Shown: positions 14,445 through 31,666, counted from the first letter of the stretch. The stretch is DNA of 64,000 nt from Eledone cirrhosa (GCA_964016885.1 OZ024744.1:49414001-49478000); one strand, 5' to 3'. Made by a program: numbers and translations. The notes: a model not told the origin generated them from the letters alone.

Positions 14445-16452
14445 TAAGATCAAAAGATGGTTAAAGGAGTTCCATGTATTTTATTATGTGCATTTCAAAA
14501 ACAAACATCATCATGCAATAATATTTGTTTTTTCATCAGATAAAACAGGAGAACATGATATGAAGGCTAAAAAACACTTGTGGATAGTGCAGTTTTAAAT
14601 CAACATATGAAAAGTAGTTTTAGATTGATGTGTGACATTGGGAAAAATATTTTATTTAGAGAGGGGGGTGGGTGGAAAGGATGAAAAAAGGGGAGAGATG
14701 AGAGTGAAGGTGGAGAGGGAGAGATGGGTGATAGAGAGAAAGAGATAGTTTTTATAACTGAGAGAAGATATATTGTTTTACATAGAGAGGTTGAAAACCG
14801 TTGGAAGATAATGTATAAATTAAAAGAATTTGAAAATTAACGAAGGGAAAAATATGTACGAGGAAAAAATATTTTATTTAGAGAGGGGGGGTGGAAAGGA
14901 TGAAAAAAGGGGAGGAGATGAGAGTGAAGGTGGAGAGGGAGAGATGGGTGATAGAGAGAAAGAGATAGTTTTTATAACTGAGAAAAGATATATTGTTTTA
15001 CATAGAGAGGTTGAGAACCGTTGGAAGATAATGTATAAATTAAAAGAATTTGAAAATTAACGAAGGGAAAGAGAGGGAGTTGATATGTATTGAGATTAAA
15101 AAGTTTGAAGATAGAGAGAAAAAATAATAATTGCGGATGAATGTTCTAACGTCAAAAAGGTGTATGTTTATAAGTATTATGGCAATTTCAAAATTAACGA
15201 AGAGAAAAGTTTGATGATGGAGAGAAAAAATAATAATAATTGCGGATGAATATTCTAACGTCAAAAAAACAAATGTATATGTTATGAAGGATTTTACAAG
15301 GTGAAGATAGAATGAGGGTAATGAGTAAACAAGTATTATAGAGTGTATAATGCCCTTTGAAGTAAGGTAGGAAGATGGGTATATTTTAAAGAGGTGTATG
15401 TATGTGTGCCTTTGAGAAAAGATTCTAAATTGATAAAGAATTGAATATTAGCTGTATACTTTGTGAAAAGTCCTATGGAATTTATGCAGGCAGATAGAAA
15501 ACAAATCTGTACGTTATAGAATCTAGATTAGAGATAATGGTAAATTTTTCATTTAGGCAGAGATTACAGATTTTAGATAGAGAGCTGTTCAAGTATGAGG
15601 ACGCAGAAGAAACCTTCTTCCAAAAGATGGTATATTTAATGTTTTTGTCTTTCAAGGACCATATTAGTTCTGAGAGAGCCGTGTTGGTTCTTTTAAGTTT
15701 GTATTTAAAAGATGAATGATGATTATAGAGACGAGCTTTAAAAGAGGTGGAAGTGGAGCCAAAATAGGTGAAGGAATTGGTGCTAGTTATAACTTTACAT
15801 TCATAAATTAAGTTTTTATCAAGACAATGGTTGTTGAGAGGACATTTATTTTTAATGCGGCAGTTGCAATTAGAGAGATTATCAACTTCTCTATGTAAAA
15901 CAATATATCTTTTCTCAGTTATAAAAACTATCTCTTTCTCTCTATCACCCATCTCTCCCTCTCCACCTTCACTCTCATCTCCTCCCCTTTCCTCATCCTT
16001 TCCACCCCCCCTCTCTAAATAAAATATTTTTTCCTCGTACATATTTTTCCCTTCGTTAATTTTCAAATTCTTTTAATTTATACATTATCTTCCAACGGTT
16101 TTCAACCTCTCTATGTAAAACAATATATCTTCTCTCAGTTATAAAAACTATCTCTTTCTCTCTATCACCCATCTCTCCCTCTCCACCTTCACTCTCATCT
16201 CTCCCCTTTTTTCATCCTTTCCACCCACCCCCCTATCTAAATAAAATATTTTTCCCAATATCACACATCAATCTAAAACTACTTTTCATATGTTGATTTA
16301 AAACTACACTATCCACAAGTGTTTTTTAGCCTTCATATCATGTTCTCCTGTTTTATATGATGAAAACACAAATATTATTGCATGATGATGTTTGTTTTTG
16401 AAATGCGCATAATAAAATACATGGAACTCCTTTAACCATCGTTTGATCTTAT
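14445..16452 (-). mobile_element. 5'-truncated PLE (probably Hydra clade) with a ~570-bp inverted pLTR
   Basis: 14445-15014 is inverted at 15881-16452; the GIY-YIG coding region lies between; UTR has ~220-bp and ~110-bp tandem repeats. Confidence 0.85.
15482..15880 (-). pseudogene. GIY-YIG endonuclease fragment of a PLE
   Basis: CNCRIKNKCPL..CL, LIYECKV..YFGST, FKARLYNHHSSF, LSELIWSLK, CNLCLNEK; the CxCx5C motif fits Hydra-clade PLEs as I recall them. Confidence 0.85.
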
Positions 16453-16542
16453 ATATTATGTATACTCCAGTCCTACAAACTGTAGAGTGCTTCTTATCCG
16501 ATATCTGCATGGCTTTATTGTACTACAATAAAACTCACCTCC

Positions 16543-18471
<1,929 letters not shown>

Positions 18472-18588
18472 TAATAAGAGGAATTCCAACTTTGTCTGAT
18501 TTACTCGTTTTATTTACAATCCTTTAAAATATATATAATGGTATTATAATGAAATAGTATGATAGAATATTAAATTCTAAGTGTTAAT

Positions 18589-18627
18589 TGAACAAGTACT
18601 TTCATGCTTTCGCAATCTTCAGGTTCA
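18589..18627 (-). ncRNA. minimal hammerhead ribozyme (inverted pLTR)
   Basis: reverse complement of 19303-19341. Confidence 0.85.
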
Positions 18628-19302
18628 TGATATGTGGTGACAGTCGAGTTTGCAATTTTCAACTGTAATGAGATGGGTAAATTTCCTACCTTTTATACAT
18701 TTTATACAGAGAAAAGTGGCTCCAGAATGCAAAGCCCTGTAAACTGTATTTCGACCAATCAGTGTGTAGTTTCACTGAATTACTACAGCTGATTGGTTTA
18801 AGCGTCACGGCTGGTTGAGCATGCTAACGACCAATAGTCATATCCAACGTATCAATTGTTTTGCTTTTTTGAAATGATGAAAATAGCATTTTCTATTAAT
18901 CATCACCATCAACATCACTTTTATTATTATTATTATTGTTGTTGTTGTTGTTGTTAGTGGTCGTGGTCATAGTGGTAGTAGAAGTAATACCCCTAGGCGT
19001 TATTATTGTTCATTTAGCTTGGGTTTGAATTTATCAATAAAATTCTTTTCTTTGATTTCAAAAAAGCAAAACAATTGATACGTTGGATATGACTATTGGT
19101 CGTTAGCATGCTCAACCAGCCGTGACGCTTAAACCAATCAGCTGTAGTAATTCAGTGAAACTACACACTGATTGGTCGAAATACAGTTTACAGGGCTTTG
19201 CATTCTGGAGCCACTTTTCTCTGTATAAAATGTATAAAAGGTAGGAAATTTACCCATCTCATTACAGTTGAAAATTGCAAACTCGACTGTCACCACATAT
19301 CA

Positions 19303-19341
19303 TGAACCTGAAGATTGCGAAAGCATGAAAGTACTTGTTCA
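19303..19341 (+). ncRNA. minimal type-I hammerhead ribozyme (5' pLTR)
   Basis: tgaac CTGAAGA t tgc gaaa gca t GAAA gtac TT gttca; GNRA-capped stem II, palindromic AAGTACTT stem III, CUU site. Confidence 0.88.
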
Positions 19342-19545
19342 ATTAACACTTAGAATTTAATATTCTATCATACTATTTCATTATAATACCATTATATATA
19401 TTTTAAAGGATTGTAAATAAAACGAGTAAATCAGACAAAGTTGGAATTCCTCTTATTAATATAATCTTCTATACACAATCATACACACCCGTGTATATTT
19501 ACCTATCTATATCTATATATATATTCCTATTGTGTATATGCCAAC

Positions 19546-20895
19546 ATGTCTGGAAAGCAACAAATGAAACCAACAGAATCAGAAAGAATTCTAAAGGAGA
19601 TATCATCGAAATTATCAACACTTATCACGATGATGGACACACAATCCTCTATTTTAAAGGAAATAGAAAAACAATCTACAGACGGAAAACTTATAACTGA
19701 ACATATAAACTCTGAAATTAAGAATTTAGCTGAAATTATACCAACAGTTATCAAAGATACAAGAGAAAGCCTACCACAACCCCCTTGGATGTCAGAAATA
19801 AACGAAAGAAATTTGGAAAACAAAACACATCGAATAAGAAAAGAAATGTGGAAGACATGGAAAAAATTCCTTAACATAAGAAAACAAAATTTCTGGAAAG
19901 CATACAGATGCGAAAAATATGTCGAAACACATTCGAAATGGCTCTCTCTAACGGCACCCATACTCCCTCGTAAATACCTAATTACAGAAATTGCAGGAGA
20001 ACCAGAAGAAGAAACAAAACTCCGATGGGAACTTACATTGACAAAATTCAGGACCGACATCTCCATTTCTGAATGTAAACAATCCCGCTACAAAGCCAAA
20101 TATGAAGCTATTGATGACCAAATTGAAGTTGAAATTTCAAAGCTAACTGCTGGTATTATAGCTGAAAAACTACGAGAACTATGGATCGGAGATATCTCAA
20201 AAGAAGAAAACAAATCGAGAAAGGTATGGCAGCAGAAACAATTATTTCTCGATGAATATGCTGCAAATTACGGTAAAGACTCTGGAACCCTGAGAAAAAG
20301 CATTAAAAGTGGACAATCTCATCAACACAACATACGCCAGAACACGTGCCAACACAAACACTCACCTTACCTTGAATCAAAGAAGAACTACGGTAATAAC
20401 TCTTCGCTTTTTCTACAAAAACACCCTATCGCACACAACATGAACAAAAAGCACAAACACGATAGGTATTCCTTTGACCAGACCATGAGAAGTAGTAAAA
20501 CCAGGAGATCATTCTCAAGATCTCAACAGAGACTACCAACAAGGAATGTGGAAACAAAACGTAGAATAACCAGATCACTCTCAAGATCTCAACAGAGATT
20601 GCCCACAAGAAACTGGACGAAAAAACGATCTAAACCTGAAAGCAAACCTAGGTCATTTTCCCAGATTGTTAAAAATAATGCTAACAGGAAGAAAAATAAT
20701 ATACAGAATACCAAAAATAGGACAAAATACATAACGAAACCAAATATAATATCACGACCAAAAGTTCATCAAGCGAACACCAACAGGAATATAAATCCTG
20801 AACAGAGAAAAATTCATTTTTTAACGTCAGGACAACAAAAACCGGAAAAAGAAAAACTCCAGGAGGAAACATACCCAAAACAGCTGTACACGTAG
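19546..20895 (+). CDS. PLE ORF1, 449 aa: helical/coiled-coil N-terminus, basic R/S/K-rich C-terminus
   Basis: uninterrupted 1350-nt ORF in AT-rich DNA; starts ccaacATG just after the pLTR; duplicated SRSQQRLPTRN repeat. Confidence 0.85.
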   Translation: MSGKQQMKPTESERILKEISSKLSTLITMMDTQSSILKEIEKQSTDGKLITEHINSEIKNLAEIIPTVIKDTRESLPQPPWMSEINERNLENKTHRIRKEMWKTWKKFLNIRKQNFWKAYRCEKYVETHSKWLSLTAPILPRKYLITEIAGEPEEETKLRWELTLTKFRTDISISECKQSRYKAKYEAIDDQIEVEISKLTAGIIAEKLRELWIGDISKEENKSRKVWQQKQLFLDEYAANYGKDSGTLRKSIKSGQSHQHNIRQNTCQHKHSPYLESKKNYGNNSSLFLQKHPIAHNMNKKHKHDRYSFDQTMRSSKTRRSFSRSQQRLPTRNVETKRRITRSLSRSQQRLPTRNWTKKRSKPESKPRSFSQIVKNNANRKKNNIQNTKNRTKYITKPNIISRPKVHQANTNRNINPEQRKIHFLTSGQQKPEKEKLQEETYPKQLYT

Positions 20896-23129
20896 ATCCT
20901 AAAATAATTAATTTATCTAAAAGAGATCTTGACAATGATGAAATGCAAATTCTGTCAAAAGGACTGAAATTCACACCGACTCCAACAGTCAACCACCAAG
21001 AACTGAAGGAGGATACCCAAGAATTCTGTCGAAAATTACGTCTTGTAGAATTCTTCGCTGATAAAAATAATGAGAGTGATGAATCACTAGTAAAGAATAA
21101 ATCAAATTTCACTCCGCCAAAAGGAAGAAATATCTATCTCGACCAATACATTGACATCCTGTCTAAATTTCCTCTTAGACATAATACTAATGTTAGGCCA
21201 AACATTAACAAATCAGAAATGTCTGCACTTAAACGTATACAAAATGATAAAACAATAATAATTAAACAAGCAGATAAAGGGGGTGCAGTTGTTATAATGG
21301 ATACTGAATACTACAAGGATTTGGTTGAGGAACAACTGAAAGACACAACATTCTATCATGAAATACCGTCAAATATAGACCACAACATCATGAAGAAGAT
21401 CAACAACCTGGCTTCAAAATACCACAACTCATTTACTGATAAGGAAAGAGACTACATCACCAATTTTGAGCCGAAACCCAGCAACCTGTATGGCCTACCG
21501 AAAGTTCACAAGTCAAAAGAAATACAACTGGCAGTAAGAGAACAAAACAGTGAGTACATTAAATTATTACACCCAAAAGACTTAAAACTTAGACCTATTA
21601 TAGCTGGTCCAACATGCCCCACTCACCGTCTAAGCAATTTTGTTGACATTATTTTGAAACCACTATGTATTCACATACCCAGTTTCATCCGGGATGATAT
21701 CGACTTCCTGTTCCATCTTCCCAAAACCACGGAAACGAATTCACTTCTACTCAGTTTTGATGTGGTAAGCCTTTACACCAACATTACACATGATTTAGGA
21801 ATAAAGGCGGTTAAATACTGGGTGGAAAAACATAGAGAAGTGATTCCCATTAGATTCACAGCGCCATTTATATTAGACGCAGTTAAACTTATTCTGGAAA
21901 ACAACACTTTCTTCTTCAATGGAAAGAATTACATCCAAATTAGAGGCACAGCGATGGGAACGAAGTTTGCTCCCGTTTACGCGAACTCTGTAATGGGATA
22001 CTTAGAACAACAACTCTACCAAGAAATAGAGGAAAAATATAGTACTGACTTTAGAAAGTACATTGAAAAATCTTGGAAGAGATACCTTGACGACTGTTTC
22101 ATCATCTGGACAGAATCTTTAGATACTCTGGATGAGTTCAATATCCTCCTGAATAACCTACACCCATCTCTCCAATTCACAAAAGAGATGAGTAGGACCA
22201 AATTACCATTCCTAGATATAATGATAATCAAAAACGACACCACCATTACCACGGATATATATTATAAACACACAGACACCCATCAATATCTGAATTTTAA
22301 GTCGTGCCATCCACCTCATACAAAACGCAACATCCCATACTGCCTAGCCAGAAGAATTTGTACCATTGTAGAAGATACGAATACCAGGTACAAACGCCTA
22401 ACAGAACTAAGAGAATTTTTGCTCAAACAAAAATACCCATCTCTACTTATAGAAAATGGCATACAGCGGGCTATAAAAATACCTATACAACAACTTAGAA
22501 CAACCCAAAGAAGAAGAAACCAAGAACTGGTCATACCATTTATAATGACACACAACCCATGTCACCAGAATATCTTCAACACTGCCAAAGCAAACCTACC
22601 GATCATTGCTCAAAGTAATGAATTAAAAGGCTTAATCACAGATCGATCTTTGACTCTTAGTAAAAGACAGCCAAAAAATTTGAAGCAATTGCTAACAAAA
22701 GCAAAGTTTGACCTTAACAACAAAGACCAATCATTCACTGTATCTAAATGCAATGATAATCGATGCGGCACATGTCAATCCATACACGCCGGTCAATATA
22801 TGAAAACAAAAACTGGAAAAATATTCACAAATGCAAATATGAACTGCAAAAGCAGAAATCTAGTTTACTGCATTAAATGCCCGAATTGTGAAGAACTATA
22901 TGTCGGTCAAACTGGAAATGCACTATCGGAACGTGCACGGGTACACCGTCAACAAATCAGAGACCCAAATGTCCGTCAGATACCCCTAAGCGGCCACCTG
23001 GCAACATGTGGTCAGGGAATATTTATAATATTCCCATTCTACAAATTACACAGCCCAAATGAAATCAAGAGAAAAATCAAAGAAAAGAATTTTATTGATA
23101 AATTCAAACCCAAGCTAAATGAACAATAA
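20802..23129 (+). CDS. PLE reverse transcriptase + GIY-YIG endonuclease (first ATG at 20943; probably entered by -1 frameshift)
   Basis: KIINLS..ILSKGLKFTPTP, KQADKGG, YGLPKVHK, LRPII, SFDVVSLYTNI, GTAMG, RYLDD, CxxC, LVYCIKC..YVGQT; no internal stops; frame is open from 20802. Confidence 0.95.
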   Translation, partial: TEKNSFFNVRTTKTGKRKTPGGNIPKTAVHVDPKIINLSKRDLDNDEMQILSKGLKFTPTPTVNHQELKEDTQEFCRKLRLVEFFADKNNESDESLVKNKSNFTPPKGRNIYLDQYIDILSKFPLRHNTNVRPNINKSEMSALKRIQNDKTIIIKQADKGGAVVIMDTEYYKDLVEEQLKDTTFYHEIPSNIDHNIMKKINNLASKYHNSFTDKERDYITNFEPKPSNLYGLPKVHKSKEIQLAVREQNSEYIKLLHPKDLKLRPIIAGPTCPTHRLSNFVDIILKPLCIHIPSFIRDDIDFLFHLPKTTETNSLLLSFDVVSLYTNITHDLGIKAVKYWVEKHREVIPIRFTAPFILDAVKLILENNTFFFNGKNYIQIRGTAMGTKFAPVYANSVMGYLEQQLYQEIEEKYSTDFRKYIEKSWKRYLDDCFIIWTESLDTLDEFNILLNNLHPSLQFTKEMSRTKLPFLDIMIIKNDTTITTDIYYKHTDTHQYLNFKSCHPPHTKRNIPYCLARRICTIVEDTNTRYKRLTELREFLLKQKYPSLLIENGIQRAIKIPIQQLRTTQRRRNQELVIPFIMTHNPCHQNIFNTAKANLPIIAQSNELKGLITDRSLTLSKRQPKNLKQLLTKAKFDLNNKDQSFTVSKCNDNRCGTCQSIHAGQYMKTKTGKIFTNANMNCKSRNLVYCIKCPNCEELYVGQTGNALSERARVHRQQIRDPNVRQIPLSGHLATCGQGIFIIFPFYKLHSPNEIKRKIKEKNFIDKFKPKLNEQ
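20817..20823 (+). promoter_or_regulatory. candidate -1 ribosomal frameshift slippery site U_UUU_UUA
   Basis: ORF1 codons caT TTT TTA; a -1 slip enters the RT frame, which is open from 20802. Confidence 0.75.
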
Positions 23130-23507
23130 TAACGCCTAGGGGTATTAATTCTACTACCACTATGACCACGACCACTAACAACAACAACAACAACAATAAT
23201 AATAATAATAATAAAAGTGATGTTGATGGTGATGATTAATAGAAAATGCTATTTTCATCATTTCAAAAAAGCAAAACAATTGATACGTTGGATATGACTA
23301 TTGGTCGTTAGCATGCTCAACCAGCCGTGACGCTTAAACCAATCAGCTGTAGTAATTCAGTGAAACTACACACTGATTGGTCGAAATACAGTTTACAGGG
23401 CTTTGCATTCTGGAGCCACTTTTCTCTGTATAAAATGTATAAAAGGTAGGAAATTTACCCATCTCATTACAGTTGAAAATTGCAAACTCGACTGTCACCA
23501 CATTTCA

Positions 23508-23546
23508 TGAACCTGAAGATTGCGAAAGCATGAAAGTACTTGTTCA
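23508..23546 (+). ncRNA. minimal type-I hammerhead ribozyme (3' pLTR)
   Basis: identical to 19303-19341. Confidence 0.88.
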
Positions 23547-23720
23547 ATTAACACTTAGAATTTAATATTCTATCATACTATTTCATTATAATACCATTAT
23601 ATATATTTTAAAGGATTGTAAATAAAACGAGTAAATCAGACAAAGTTGGAATTCCTCTTATTAATATAATCTTCTATACACAATCATACACACCCGTGTA
23701 TATTTACCTATCTATATCTA

Positions 23721-24512
<792 letters not shown>

Positions 24513-26218
24513 CACTCTTTTACTCTTTTACTCTTTTACCTGTTTCAGCCATCCGGCTGAGGCCATGCTGGGGCACCGCCCTTGTTGCTACACATTTTAT
24601 CTCCAGCCTGTATAGGTTGGCCACTGGTGTAGGAGGGAGTTTGTTGCTGCTGCCCTCGTGTCTTGCTGTGGGCTCATCCGGGATCCTGGATAACAAGGTG
24701 TCGAGATGTTTCTTAAAGACATCCACCTCCACGTCATGCAAGTCTCGCAGATGCCTCGGCAGCCTGTTGAAGAGTTGAGGGCCCTTGAATCCCAGGCTAT
24801 TGCAATACCTGCTCCTTATTCTAGATGTGGAAGACGGGACCTTTGGCACCACACAGTGACGTCCTGTTCGACGGTTGGTCCAGCTCCCAATGCCAAAGTT
24901 TGGTGCTAGTCCCTCCAGGATTTTCCACATGTAGATCACTGCGTATCTCTCCCGTCTTCGCTCCAAGGAGTAGAGGTTCAGTTCCTTCAGCCTCTCCCAG
25001 TAGCTTGTCTCCCTCATCTTGGCAATCCTCTTGGTGTAGCTTCGCTGGATTGCCTCAAGCTCCGTGGTTAGTTTGACACTATGGGGTGACCACAACTGGG
25101 AGCAGTAGTCCAGGCGGCTTAGGACAAATGTCCTCCATAGTGTCAACTTGGTGTCTCGATCTCTTGTCCGGAAAGTCCTCAAGATCCAGCCAGCGAGTCG
25201 TCTGCACATTGTCGCCACTTTCATGATGTGTGAAGAAAAAGATGCATCATCGCTCATGTCTATGCCCAGGTCTCGTATCGATTTTGACACGGGGATATCA
25301 GTCCCTTCTGGTCCTGTGTAGTTGTGTTCCACTACATTTGCGTTTGCAGGTTTGTTTGGAGGTTTGTATTGTAGGGCTTGGAATTTGCCAGCATTAAACT
25401 GCATGTTGTTTTCTTCCGCCCATTTGTATATGGCATCCAGATCCTGCTGTAAAAGGGCAGCGTCAGCCGGGTTTTTGATTGCCTGTGCTACCTTAGTGTC
25501 ATCAGCAGAGCTAGTGAGGGATGTTGTTGTATGTACTACAGAGGGCATGACTGAGAGAGCCACCAAAAACAGTAGTGGTCCCAGGACTGTCCCCTGGGGC
25601 ACCCCACTTGTTATTGGTGTTTCCTTTGAGAGGGCCCCATTTGCTGCGACTGCCTGGCTTCTGTCCCTTAGGAAGCCATGCAGCCACTCACCTACTTTTC
25701 CAGTTATGCCGAGTCCGTGTAGTTTGTGACATATCATTCCGTGGTCGACCTTGTCAAAGGCCTTCGCAAAGTCAAGATATACCACGTCTACATGTGAGCT
25801 GTCTAGTAGTTGTCTCAGTACCCAGTCGTAGTGATGTAGCAGCTGTGTAAGGCAGCTTCTTTCTGGGCGGAAGCCATGTTGCGTGCTAGTCAGGTGGTCA
25901 TTTTCCTTGAGGAAAGTGATCAGTTTCTTTCTGACGACTCGCTCCATGACCTTACTGATATGCGACGTCAGGGAGACTGGCCTATAGTTTTTGGCCACCG
26001 CTCTGCTACCTCTTTTATGGATAGGGCATATTGTGCCTTCTTTCAGCTCCCTGGGTAGTACACCGCTAGCCAAGGAGCTTCTGAAGAGCATCTTCAGTGG
26101 AGTTGCTAAGGCCCGCTTACATATTTTTAAGAGAAGTGCTGGGAATCCATCAGGTCCAGCAGAAGAGTCTGTTCTAATTTCATCAATGGCGTACACCACA
26201 TCCTCCTTCGTTATGTCT
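24513..26218 (-). mobile_element. CR1-group LINE family D, 5'-truncated, RT motif mutated to SADD
   Basis: ORF 24520-26199: [41 protein letters not shown]; (TAAAAGAG)n tail. Confidence 0.93.
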
Positions 26219-26373
26219 ATGTATTTATATATATATGTATATATATGTATTTATATATATATATGTATATATATGTATTTATATATATATGTATATATAT
26301 GTATTTATATATATATATGTATATATATGTATTTATATATATATATGTATATATATGTATTTATATATATATG

Positions 26374-26404
<31 letters not shown>

Positions 26405-26691
26405 TCATATATATATGTATATATATATATATTCATATATATATGTATATATATATATATTCATATATATAAGTATATATATATATATTCATATATATAT
26501 GTATATATATATATGTATATATATATATGTATATATATATATGTATATATATATATATTCATATATATATATGTATATATATATATATTCATATATATAT
26601 ATGTATATATATGTATATATATATATTTTCATATATATATGTATATATATATATGTATATATATATATGTATATATATATATATGTATATA

Positions 26692-26736
<45 letters not shown>

Positions 26737-26794
26737 GTATATATATATGTATATATATATATATGTATATATATATGTATATATATATGTATAT
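26219..26794. repeat. imperfect (TA)n array with TG interruptions
   Basis: direct reading. Confidence 0.98.
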
Positions 26795-30055
<3,261 letters not shown>

Positions 30056-30190
30056 TTTGTTAGAGATGCCTACTGGCTGTAGTAGGTTTTACTATGTATT
30101 TAGGTAAGGCGGGTCTTCTCTGTTACTGAGTACCGCCAAAGGTCTCGGTCCAGTGACATTGTCTTGGAGAGGTGAGGTGTAAGTGTGTAC

Positions 30191-30221
<31 letters not shown>

Positions 30222-30251
30222 CATATATATATTTATATTTATATATATATG

Positions 30252-30312
<61 letters not shown>

Positions 30313-30528
30313 TCATCATCATCATCATCATCAACGTTTAACGTCCGTGTTCCACGCTTGCATGGGTTTGGACGGGGGTAGTCCCGCTTGAGGCAAGAGT
30401 GATTGTCTTGCTCGCATAGGACTGTCTGGCAGGTTTTCTACAGTTGGATGCCCTTCCTAACACCAACCACATTTACAGTGTGGGTCTGGGAGGTTTTTAC
30501 CGTGTTGCCTACACGGCCACATTACAGC
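30056..30528 (-). mobile_element. two RTE family A fragments (30056-30186 and 30310-30528) separated by (TA)n
   Basis: match about 27146-27270 and 26795-27013. Confidence 0.85.
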
Positions 30529-30530
30529 TA

Positions 30531-30588
<58 letters not shown>

Positions 30589-30591
30589 TAT

Positions 30592-31470
30592 ATGAAATAT
30601 AAGAATCAAAGAACTGTTCAAAAAATTTTTATGCTTACAACTGTTTCCTCCAAACCGAGGTTTGGATTCTTCGGAGCAATTTATTAATGAATGAACACTT
30701 ATATGACCTCCTTTTCACCCAAGAGACATACAGATACATATGCAAATATTGTGGGTCAACATTCATTAAAGCATTTAGAGTGGCAGTACACACTTACAGA
30801 TTACATTCATATTAAAAGATACAATCAAAAATACAGGTTAAAATACAACATGAAAATAAGCGGTTATATAGTGCAAAGGTTATATGTGTGGCAAGCACTA
30901 CTGTTTTTGGTGGCTCTCTCAGTCATGCCCTCTGTAGTACATACAACAACATCCCTCACTTATGTGTAGTAGAAGCACTTAAGTAGGTAAACCTACTTAA
31001 GTGCTTCTACTACACATAACTCTCTGCCACACTATATAAACAAGACGCACGTGCTTGCCACACATATAACCTTTGCACTATATAACCGCTTATTTTCATG
31101 CTGTATTTTAACCTGTATTTTTGATTGTATCTTTTAATATGAATGTAATCTCTAAGTGTGTACTGCCACTCTAAATGCTGTAATGAATGTTGACCCACAA
31201 TATTTGCATATGTATCTGTATGTCTCTTGGGTGAAAAGGAGGTCGGAAACAGTTGTAAGCATAAAAATGTTTTGAACAGTTCTTTGATTCTTATATTTCA
31301 TATAACTGCTCTGTAAATCATCTGATGTTTTTACATTGCGCTACTTAACTTACTGGTAATAAGGTAGTAATATATTACTGCCTACCACTATTTAGGGTTT
31401 GTATAAAAATATATATAACTGCAAAAGGTTTTTGTATTTACATAACCATAAATAGTATAATTAATACTAT
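30592..31470. mobile_element. family 3 hammerhead repeat in an inverted arrangement with captured spacer sequences
   Basis: 30592-30897 is inverted at about 31052-31302; 31305-31470 matches 1351-1510. Confidence 0.75.
30632..30678 (-). ncRNA. minimal hammerhead ribozyme, U4C core variant
   Basis: same fold as 1080-1126; stem III reads cagttg. Confidence 0.65.
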
Positions 31471-31591
31471 ATATATATATATATATATATACATATATAT
31501 ATAAATATATATATATATATACATATATATATAAATATATATATATATACATATATATATAAATATAAATATATATATGTATATATATATG

Positions 31592-31666
<75 letters not shown>

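Larger units (their letters stand above)
18471..23720 (+). mobile_element. apparently intact two-ORF Neptune-type Penelope-like retroelement
   Basis: inverted pLTR 18471-19058 (reverse complement of about 23075-23664), direct pLTR 19055-19523 (equals about 23260-23720), ORF1, RT-EN ORF and 3' pLTR; copies differ by only a few bases. Confidence 0.95.

Noticed and set aside
15881-16066. N-terminal part of the 194-aa ORF fused to the GIY-YIG domain
   Set aside because: It is antisense UTR sequence from the inverted pLTR, in frame by chance.
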